Below, one piece after another: positions 13,379-23,500 of a stretch of DNA of 64,000 bases. The DNA comes from Macrostomum lignano (Eukaryota). The position numbers were made by a program, and so were the translations under genes. The notes under the pieces are model-generated. The model was not told the origin of the DNA. It made no database searches and was given only the letters and a program-made list of their open reading frames with translations. Position 1 is the stretch's first letter. Each line of letters opens with the position of its first letter. Location: positions 248,001-312,000 of the forward strand of contig NIVC01001007.1 of assembly GCA_002269645.1 (NCBI GenBank). The letters run 5' to 3'.

Positions 13379-14685
13379 CGAGGGGAAGTCAAAAAGTAAT
13401 GTCAATGATAAATATTATTTTTCAAGGAGCAGAAACCAATGTCAAGGGTTATTTCTCCACGAAATCTCCGTCCAGCTCTAGGCACTTCTCCATACGATGC
13501 CGCCATCGCTCCAGCCCCGCCCTGAAGAAGTCAGGCGGCTGGGAATCAAGCCACTGCTGAGCTGCTGTTTTTGCCTCCTCCTTGCTCGAATGTCGCACTC
13601 CTTTAATAGCTTCCTTCAACTTTGGAAACAGGAAAAAGTCTGATGGCGCAAGATCAAGGCTGTAGGGAGGGTGGGAGAGAATTTCCCAGCGAAATTCGCG
13701 CAGAACGCCTCGACAGAGCCGTGAAGTGTGTGCCGGGGCATTGTCATGGTGGAAGAGGATGCGCTGGTGGAGCTTGCCAGGTCGCTTCCTGGCTAATTCT
13801 TCGTGCAGCTTTTGCAGCACACCTTCGTAGTAGGCGCCAGTGATCGTGCGCTGCTCCTCTAGGAAGTCCACTAGAATGACTCCCTCGGCATCCTAGAAAA
13901 TGGTTGCCATGACCTTGGCCACGGAGCAGTTGGCCTGGAACTTCTTTGGCCCGGCAGATCCTTGAGGCAGCCACTCTTTTGACTGGATTTTTGACTCTGG
14001 ATCGTACTGGTAGATCCAGGTCTCATCACCAGTCACCAACCGTTCGAAAAAATCGTCGGCGTCAGTGTCCAGGCAGTTGAGAAGGTTTGTTGTGCACTCG
14101 CTGCGCTGGGCCTTGTGCTCCGAGCGCAACGCCCCTGGCACCCAACGGGCACTCAGCTTGCTGAAGCCCAGATCCTCTGTCAGGATCGAATGCACACTTC
14201 CATGGGAGATGCCCAGTTCCTCAGCAATAGCCTCGATGGTCACATGCCTGTCCTGCTCAACTTTTCGACGCACGGCTGTAATCATCTTTGCTGTGCGCGC
14301 TGTGCTCAGTCGTCCACTGCAGTCAGCGTTTTCAATGGTCTCATGACCAGCCTTAAACTCCTGGATCCACCGATAAACGGTGGGATTCGGTGGAGCAGCA
14401 TCCCCAAAGACCTTCTGTAAAGCCTCGAGGATAGCAGCTGGCTTCCAACCCAACCGCGTTAAAAATTTCACGTTAGATCGGACTTCAATTTTGAAATTTT
14501 CCATTGCTGAAAGGGGGTACTGTGTTTGTACTTCTGTCAAGGTCGATCTGTACATCCAAACAGAATGAAAAATTATTAAAATAAGAAACAAAAGATACTT
14601 TTGCCAATAAAAAATGTTTGGGTTCAAAATTTATTTTCTGCTTTGTGCAGAAGAAAAATTATCATTACTTTTTGACTTCCCCTCA
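13379..14685 (-). mobile_element. Mariner (DD34D, irritans/Hsmar2-like termini), 1307 bp
   Basis: TIR CGAGGGGAAGTCAAAAAGTAATG is at the left end and its reverse complement, with one terminal mismatch, at the right. TA flanks both sides. Confidence 0.95.
13449..14504 (-). pseudogene. Mariner transposase (351 codons) with one in-frame TAG at 13893-13895
   Basis: Motifs WVP(G), TGDETW, HHDNAPAH, YSLDLAPSDF and RWRHRMEKCLELDGDFVEK are present. The two listed ORFs join in frame across TTC-TAG-GAT, where the family consensus is FWD. Confidence 0.93.
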
Positions 14686-14694
14686 TAAAAAGAC

Positions 14695-15175
14695 TGGATT
14701 ATTACTTGATAAACCAAGGATTTTTGCACTTGATAAACTAAAGATTACTGTATTTGATAAGCCAAGGATTATTGCACTTGATAAACTAAGGATTACTGCA
14801 CTTGATAAATGAAGGATTATTGAACTTGATAAGCCAAGGATTATTGCACTTGATAAGCCAAGGATTATTGCACTTGATAAGCCACAAATTATTACACTTG
14901 ATAAGCCACAGATTATTGCACTTGATAAACCAAGGATTACTGCACTTGATAAGCCAAGGATTATTGCACTTGATAAGCCAAGGATTATTGCACTTGATAA
15001 GCCAAGGATTATTGCACTTGATAAGCCACAGATTACTGCACTTGATAGACCAAGGATTACTGCACAGTTTGATAAACCAAGGATTACTACACTTGATAAG
15101 CTAAGGATTACTACGCTTGATAAACTAGGGATTACTGCACTTGATAAACCAAGGATTACTGCACTTGATAAGCTT
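14695..15175. repeat. 24-bp minisatellite (CCAAGGATTATTGCACTTGATAAG)n
   Basis: About 20 copies abutting the mariner right end. Confidence 0.95.
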
Positions 15176-15204
15176 GGCTACATATATGGGATTTTTTCTA
15201 TCCA

Positions 15205-15600
15205 GGGATGCTTGCTATTTAGGGATTCTTGCTATCTGTAGGATGCTTGCTATCTGCAAGATGCTTGCTATCTAGGTGGATGCTTCTACAATATCTGGGT
15301 AGATGCTTGCTATGTGCAAGATGCTTGCTATCTAGGTAGATGCTTCTACAATATTTGGAGGATGCTTGCTATCTGGGTGGATGCTTGCTATCTGGGTAGA
15401 TACTTGTTATCTGGGTGGATGCTTGCTATCTGGGTGGATGCTTGCTATCTGGGTGGATGCCTGCTATCTGGGTGGATGCCTGCTATCTGGGTGGATGCTT
15501 GCTATCTGGGTGGATGCTTGCTATCTGGGTGGATGCTTAGCTATCTGGGTGGATGCTTGCTATGAGTATTAGGGGATGCTTGCTATCTGTGATTGCTTAC
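15205..15600. repeat. 19-bp minisatellite (GGATGCTTGCTATCTGGGT)n
   Basis: Directly visible tandem array. Confidence 0.95.
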
Positions 15601-15639
15601 TTTTGGAGGGGTGTGCTTGCTATCTGAAGAGATGTTTGC

Positions 15640-15899
15640 TGTATTGGGAATATTTTCTATTTAGCAGGAATGTCTGTTATCTTTATGAAACCTATATTTT
15701 GTTGTCTTTTGTTAATTTTAGAAAAAAAGAGATCATAGCAAATAGCATAGCAAATTTTCCATGAAAATTTTATATGAATAAGGTGATTTTTAAAAGGGAA
15801 TAAGGAATTGATGTTTAAGAAAATGTGCTTTTTACATTTTTTTCTATGAACTATTTTTGCTTCTTGCTTATTGGGTGCCCCAAAAGGGGGCCGCACTAG
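15640..15899 (+). mobile_element. Conserved terminal segment of a dispersed repeat ending in a GC hairpin (Helitron/Helentron-like); inverted copy at 29945-30200
   Basis: About 260 bp align with the reverse complement of 29945-30200 (e.g. AATATTTTCTATTTAG, TATATTTTGTTGTCT, TTTTAGAAAAAAAGAGAT, GAATAAGGTGATTTTTAAAAG, TTGCTTATTGGG). Ends GCCCCAAAAGGGGGCCGCACTAG. Confidence 0.7.
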
Positions 15900-17417
15900 A
15901 TTGCTAGTAGTTGTTAAATTTAATTATCATAAGTAAGGAGGTAAGTGTTGACAGTTATGAATCTACTTTGTTACTAAAGTAGCTATTACCAAGTGAATTA
16001 AATTCCTTGGGCTTAGGTCCAGATTAATTTAACTTAATGTGCAAGCGCTTAATGCTACTAATAGTAATAATAATAGTTTTTGTAAATAATTTCGTCAATA
16101 ATAATCTCGAGTTTAATCACTCAAGAATAATATTCACATATTATTTGTTTTAATCTTCCAATGTTTAATAATAATATTCATGTAAAATTTGTATGTATTT
16201 TTAAACCGAAAACTAATTTTAGCCCTATTTGTTTTAATACTGCATATATCAAAATTAATACTGATCAAGTCTTAAAATAGTATAAATAGACAGGATCTGG
16301 CCAGAGAGCCACCAACTTGGCTAATTGCCTGTTCCTAAGTTGGTCTCAAGTCTCGCTACTTGTTGAGCTTTAAACTGTTACTTAGAAATCTTTTCAAGAC
16401 TTAGTAAATTTTTGATTCGAAGAGTAAAGTGGAAGTAAATCATACCACAGATACTACTGATACGCAGAATACCAAGGAGATCGAAGTGAAACAAAGTAGA
16501 TCTCGGGAATACATATACAGTATTGAAAAGGCTGTGACCCTCTAATCTCGGTAACGCCCAAGGACTTGCAAAGTACATAAAATACATATACCAGTAAGCC
16601 AAAATACCGCTCAGGCCATTATTAAGTAGAACGCTACCAGTATAATAGAACGCTACCAGAATAATCAGAAGAGTAAAATCTTTCAGGGTTAATAGTTTTT
16701 CTAAGAATAATACTCAGATTAATACTCAGACTAATACTCAGACTAAATACTCAGACTAAATACTCAGACCTATTCTAAGAAACATTTCTCAGATTATTCT
16801 AATATTAATAAACTCATAATTTGTTAATAGAATAATCTTGGTGGCAGCTACCAACCTAAGAAGAACACTTAAAAGATAAGTAAATTAGCCCTGTGACAGC
16901 TTTTGGTGGCATTGTATTAGAGACAGAAGTAAACCCCTGGGACATTAATTATAGTTAAGTTTAGTATTCTACTAGTACAACTTGGTAATATTTAGGACTA
17001 TTTAGTTCTAGAGCATATTATAACAACTTTGGTGGCAATAGCAGCTAACAAATAAAAAACACTAAGAGACTAGGCCTAGGCCTAGTTGAAGCCCATTTAT
17101 GGAAATTAGTAACTTTGGAATTTGGTGCTAGACTGCTAATTAGTTTTATGATAGTCATTTCTATGATATCCATTTTAGTGACAGGTTTCTTTGGGGCCAA
17201 ATGTATATAAAACATTGCAACGAGTCTATTATTTGCGAGTTTTTTTGTTTTTTTATGATAAAGCAGTAATGAAGTATTATTAGGCCCCCTAATAAATTTA
17301 AAAATAATCTTCCTTTTTGAATGGTGCTTGGTCATTTCATCTACCGCCTTTTTGTCTGCTGGTAGACAAAACAACTTTTTGAGAAGAAAAGATAAGATAT
17401 AGCTACATAGCTAGCAA

Positions 17418-17783
17418 GGGGGGGGGCCGTAGCCCAGCGGTAGCGCAGCTGCTCTGGTGTGCCAGCGACCCAGGCTCGATTCCAAGTGCAGCCACATTAA
17501 TTTGGGGCTGGATTGGAATCTTGGCTTGGCTTGCTTGCGCAATTAACGGCCTTGAGAGCCAACCCCCTGAAGGCGCAGTGAAGTTTACATGCCTAACGAT
17601 AATATAAAGTTAGGGCCGCTGTACACTCCTGTGTGAGTGTGTGCCTGTGTAACGTATCCGCACGCTTGTATGCCTGCTCAGGGGAGTCGGCGGAATGGGC
17701 AGTAATGCCTCTCGCCGGTTGTGTGCCAATGACGCTTAAATTGCGCCAGGGTGCACACAACCCCCCCTGCCTCTAAAAAAAAA
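17418..17783 (+). mobile_element. tRNA-derived SINE, 366 bp, A-tail and 14-bp TSD
   Basis: A box TAGCCCAGCGG, B box GGCTCGATTCC, A9 tail. Perfect TSD TACATAGCTAGCAA at 17404-17417 and 17784-17797. Confidence 0.9.
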
Positions 17784-18097
17784 TACATAGCTAGCAAAGC
17801 TAATTTTTCATAATTAAATATTGCAAGGTGTTAAAAAGAGTTAATGTGGGATGTCAGTTTTAGTGTAATTTTGTTTATTGCTATATTTCAAAGAAACATG
17901 ATATCAATTTTAAACATCCATTGAAAAAAAGAACTTATAGATAGAAGCTGCAGTTACAAATATTGAAGGCAGAGATAGAGTTCACTGTTAAATACAATCA
18001 GTAGGCTATTATGAGCCCATCCAATGATGATGCATTTTCATTATAAACAATTATTCAGCCTCCAAAATTCATATTACAAACAAAAAGTTAGTATGTA

Positions 18098-19150
18098 TGA
18101 GGGGTGTCCCAAAAGTTCCCGGAATGTCTAACGTAGCTCTTCAATGGAGCCATGATGTTTCACGCCCTTGGTGTCGAATGAAAGGACGTTTTGTCACAAA
18201 GAAAATGAAGTTAAAAGCATGTTGATATCTGTTTTTATTCAGGAGCTGCAGCAAGAAACGTGCGCAAAGGTCAGGGGTACTGTTACATACTGTTACAACA
18301 CAACCTCAAAAATCTATGGCAATGATTTTAAACAATAAAACACAGAACAGTTCATACCGTTGATGAATCCTTGGGACATGCACCAATTCAAAATTCAAAG
18401 CGAATCATCAAGCTCAGCCTGCGGCTTCTCCACGTAGTCCCCATTCAGCTGAATACACCTCTGCCACTTTGAAAGCATGCCGTCGATGGCCTGGGCAAAA
18501 ACAGTTCGAGGCATTTCATGATGCAGGATGACGCGACAAGTGAAGCCTTCAAGTTCACTGCGGTTCTGGAACACCGGCTACGAATTTTCTGGACCATCTC
18601 TAAAGCGTTCGATCCATTCGTAAATGGCAGTTTTTTCAGGCTTTTCTTACCATGGATGGAGAATAAGTGGTCAGAAATCTTGGCCCCACTCCATCCTACT
18701 GACCAAAGGAAAAAAAACTTGACTTTGCTGACTTTCAAGGCTCTGAAGAAAACACAATTTGGCAAAGAGATTTCAAGTTGAAAGCAAGCACTTGGTAAGA
18801 ATTATCTGCACTCGCACAAAAGCTCAGATTAGCTTAATGAGCATTTCTGCTTTTTTCCATAGACACTACCACGTCTTTCTGAGACATTAGTAGCACAAAT
18901 TCAAAATGAAAATATCCAAAAATGAAGATGAAAAATTATTTTCAGTGATATGTGAGGTTGTGTAACAGTACCCCTGACCTTTGCGCACGTTTCTTGCTGC
19001 AGCTCCTGAATAAAAACAGATATCAACATGCTTTTAACTTCATTTTCTTCGTGACAAAAATTCCTTTCATTTGACACCAAGGGCGTGAAACATCATGGCT
19101 CCATTGAAGAGCTACGTTAGACATTCCGGGAACTTTTGGGACACCCCTCG
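18098..19150 (-). mobile_element. Internally deleted mariner-family element with ~200-bp TIRs, 1053 bp
   Basis: 18098-~18308 is the near-perfect reverse complement of ~18954-19150, starting (C/T)GAGGGGTGTCCCAAAAGTT, with TA flanks. The internal minus strand encodes WIERFRDG (HTH region) fused to FAQAIDGMLSKWQRCIQLNGDYVEK (mariner C-terminus). Confidence 0.88.
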
Positions 19151-20536
19151 TATATATACTATGGGTCCTTACCTATGGGTGCTTTTAACGTAATTATTCT
19201 GTTATTTTCATTACAGTATAAGTAGTTTTTAAGATATACAGATATTTGTTTTATTTATTAACTATTTGTTATTTTCTAATTTGTTAATTGAAATTTGATT
19301 GGCTCATGACTGCCATAGACAGTCATTTTTGTCTCATTTTCATTTTTGCCCCCTGCCTCTGAAAGTTATGTCCTAGCATAGTATAAGCTCACATCAAAAT
19401 ATGCTTTCTGCTTGGATTAGCAGTATATTACTGTTATTTCTTTCATGGTTTAAATAATGTGCAGAAGCTACAACTGCTTATTTAAAACAAAGATTAGGTC
19501 TCACATGGAAGAGCATCCTGCTTGAGCTCAAAGCTTAGGTCTCTGAGATGCTGTGGTTGCATTCTTCTTAAGTTTAGTTAGCAACTTTAGCAAACTGCAA
19601 CACTTTAGGTGGATTGATAAATACTGTGGCATCTAGACAAAGAATTGTAGCATCTGCAATCTCTGCTACTAGATCAAATTTTGCTTCTTTGCATTTTCTC
19701 AGATCTCATATTGTGAGAGTTTACTGTTTATTGCTAGCATCCTTGTCAGTATGACATATATAAGCTTATCAAATATTGAAGGTACCACATGGAGACTGCA
19801 TGACCAAGCCATTGCACTTCAGGACTTTGTTGCACATGCCACATTTCTATTATTTGTTTCTATCATTGGCTTCATTTTGGCATGGGAGATGTCTTCAAGA
19901 GTATTCTAGCAAGTTGGAGCTATACTGTTTGATGAGCCTCATTTGAAGGCTTACTTACTTAGTTGCTAATTTTCAACCTAAATTCTTTAGATAAACATCT
20001 GCAATATGTCTTAGACTATGTTATCTCTAAATTTAATTTTAACAAAATATTCATAGATCTCTTAGTTGCATGACAAAGGAGGCCTTCCATATATAATGCA
20101 AGCATATATTTAGATTTTGTTTCTAGATATCAAAACAAGTTAATATATGTTTATTAACTAGTTGAATGAGAACTTTGCTATTAAAATTATGTTAAAGTAT
20201 GATTATAAACTAAAGTAGTTTATTTAAGATAAGTTTATTTATTTAAGAGGGGTGTATTGAATACACTTACAAAACGTGACTATGAAAAAATTGTTAAGAG
20301 GTCCGGTGACCTGATTTTTGAAGTAAAGGGAAGCTAATAATTGAAAGAGCAAGAGTCAAACTTTGCTACCTGCGTTTACCAATTGCATGTCAAATTCTGA
20401 TCGATACAAGCCAGACTGAGGGGGGTTTCCAACCCCCCGCGCCTCGACTATTTCCTGCCACTTCTTCTCACCTTTTAAAAGCAATTGTATTTTTGCTTGA
20501 AAAGAAAAACAAGAAAATCCTGATATAGCAATTGAA

Positions 20537-23500
20537 ATGCCTCGTCTGACTCCTCAGCGGCTGGTTCGCGGCACTGCTTACATATTGGCTGCTCTTATGC
20601 TGTGCCATATTGTCTTAATGCTAAATAATAGCAAATTCAGCAACACAATCCCATCTTATTTGGCATCTGGCAGCCTTGGTTCTAATCCGGTCGATTCTGT
20701 ACCTCCAGACGAGGAGACTTCAATTGCTGGTCGAAGGCGGATGGCTTCGATTAAAGCTATACCGGTGGAACTGTTGCAAAGATTTGCTAGGCCGGTACCG
20801 CAACACCTGCCAGATCAGTTTGTACAGTCTCAACTGCCTGATCGACCGCTGGTGAGTCTGAATTTTCTTTCTATTGCATCTGGTTATGTAGTTTTTAACA
20901 TTTATTGTACTATAATCACAGCTCTGCTCATTGTGTTTGTGATCGATTTATATCTTATTCTTCTTTTCCCCATTCAGCTTCTGTGCCTCATCCTCTGTGC
21001 CCAATCCTCTGTGCCTCATCCTCTGTGCCCGATCCTCTGTGCCCAATCCTCTGTGCCTCATCCTCTGTGCCCAATCCTCTGTGCCTCATCCTCTGTGCCC
21101 GATCCTCTGTGCCTCATCCTCTGTGCCCGATCCTCTGTGCCCGATCCTCTGTGCCCAATCCTCTGTGCCCGATCCTCTGTGCCCAATCCTCTGTGCCCAA
21201 TCCTCTGTGCCTCATCCTCTGTGCCCAATCCTCTGTGCCTCATCCTCTGTGCCCGATCCTCTGTGCCCAATCCTCTGTGCCCGATCCTCTGTGCCTCATC
21301 CTCTGTGCCCAATCCTCTGTGCCTCATCCTCTGTGCCCGATCCTCTGTGCCCAATCCACTGTGCCCGATCCTCTGTGCCCAATCCTCTGTGCCCGATCCT
21401 TTGTGCCCGATCCTCTGTGCCCAATCCTCTGTGCCTCATCCTCTGTGCCCAATCCTCTGTGCCTCATCCTCTGTGCCCGATCCTCTGTGCCCAATCCTCT
21501 GTGCCCGATCCTCTGTGCCTCATCCTCTGTGCCCGATCCTCTGTGCCCGATCCTCTGTGCCCAATCCTCTGTGCCCGATCCTCTGTGCCCAATCCTCTGT
21601 GCCCAATCCTCTGTGCCTCATCCTCTGTGCCCAATCCTCTGTGCCTCATCCTCTGTGCCCGATCCTCTGTGCCCAATCCTCTGTGCCCGATCCTCTGTGC
21701 CTCATCCTCTGTGCCCAATCCTCTGTGCCTCATCCTCTGTGCCCGATCCTCTGTGCCCAATCCACTGTGCCCGATCCTCTGTGCCCAATCCTCTGTGCCC
21801 GATCCTTTGTGCCCGATCCTCTGTGCCCAATCCTCTGTGCCTCATCCTCTGTGCCCAATCCTCTGTGCCTCATCCTCTGTGCCTCATCCTCTGTGCCCGA
21901 TCCTCTGTGCCCAATCCTCTGTGCCTCATCCTGTGCCCGATCATCTGTGCCTCATCCTCTGTGCCTCATCCTCAGTGCCCAATCCTCTGTGTCATTCTCT
22001 GTGCCCAATCCTCTGTGCCTCATCCTCTGTGCCGGATCCTCTGTGCCTCATCCTCTGTGTCTAATCCTCGGTGCCCAGTCCTCTGTGCCTCATCCGGTGT
22101 ACCTCATTTTTCTGTTAAACCTGTTTCGGTATTCGGTCCGCAAACACTCAAAATTGCGAGTTGATAAATTCATTATGGTCAGCTAATAACACGCTCAATT
22201 CTAAACAGTTCTCATTTCGTGCACCCCCGCTTACCCGGCAGCTCACTCAGCAATTGCAACAGCCTCTACTTTTAACTCGAACGCCATTCAACTTCACGCC
22301 AGTTGAAGATCCATTGCCATTAATCTACAGTCTGCAAAATGCCAATGCAACAGCAATTCTGGATGCAATGCTAGCTATTAATGCAGAGCACGAGATACTC
22401 AATGCACAGTTTTATAATGGACCTATCACCGAAGTGATCGTTGTGCAAGTTCACGATCGTATTGGCTATTTATATCTATTAATAGATTCTCTACGGCGGG
22501 TGAAAGATGTGGAAGATTGTTTGCTAGTGTTCTCGCACGATGTCTATAGCTCGGCTATCAATGCATTGGTCAGATCAATTCGGTTTGCTCGGGTGCTGCA
22601 GGTAAGAATTTCTGTCTTCGTGTTGGGCTCAGTCAGTAGTAATATATGGCTGTCACGTGATCTGTATTGCAGCTGGAATTGGGCTAGGGTTATAATAGCA
22701 GTCAGTAGTAGTAATATATGGCTGTCACGTGATCTGTTTTGCAGCTGGAATTGGGCTAGGGTTATAGTAGCAGTCAGTAGTAATATATGGCTGTCACGTG
22801 ATCTGTTTTGCAGCTGGAATTGGGCTAGGGTTATAGTAGCAGTCAGTAGTAATATATGGCTGTCACGTGATCTGTATTGCAGCTGGAATTGGGCTATGAT
22901 TATAATAGCAGTCAGTAGTAATATATGGCTGTCACGTGATCTGTATTGCAGCTGGAATTGGGCTATGATTATAATAGCAGTCAGTAGTAATATATGGCTG
23001 TCACGTGATCTGTATTGCAGCTGGAATTGGGCTATGATTATAATAGCAGTCAGTAGTAATATATGGCTGTCACGTGATCTGTATTGCAGCTGGAATTGGG
23101 CTATGATTATAATAGCAGTCAGTAGTAATATATGGCTGTCACGTGATCTGTATTGCAGCTGGAATTGGCTAGGGTTATAGTAGCAGTCAGTAGTAATATA
23201 TGGCTGTCACGTGATCTGTATTGCAGCTGGAATTGGCTAGGGTTATAGTAGCAGTCAGTAGTAATATATGGCTGTCACGTGATCTGTATTGCAGCTGGAA
23301 TTGGCTAGGGTTATAGTAGCAGTCAGTAGTAATATATGGCTGTCACGTGATCTGTATTGCAGCTGGAATTGGGCTAGGCCTATAGTCCAAGTGAACTCTA
23401 AGGCGCATATTTAGAACTTCAGCAATTGCTCTTTATTTTAATAATTGATCAACTGCCAAAACTCCAAAGTCTGGTAACTTTGAACTCCCCGTTGCAGATC

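Noticed and set aside
17423-17494. tRNA gene
   Set aside because: Acceptor and anticodon stems do not pair; it is the head of a SINE with tail and TSD. The same applies to 50305-50376.
17575-17600. Hammerhead or HDV ribozyme in the SINE or LINE ends
   Set aside because: No CTGA(N)GA...GAAA core with pairing stems and no HDV pseudoknot could be drawn.
20852-22186. Long Cys/Pro-rich ORFs, including the 549-aa extension of MGAT2 exon 1
   Set aside because: Read-through of a stop-free 14-bp intronic minisatellite; a strong GTGAGT donor at 20852 and conserved MGAT2 sequence resuming in exon 2 explain the locus.
22602-23180. 23-aa repeat extension (SSNIWLSRDLYCSWNW...) of the 339-aa ORF
   Set aside because: Intron 2 minisatellite; the frame is lost when units shorten to 68 bp, and the protein continues correctly via splicing.
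22630-23380. Regular repeats considered as a CRISPR-like array
   Set aside because: Units are contiguous and near-identical with no unique spacers, no cas genes, and the context is eukaryotic; the same holds for all other arrays.
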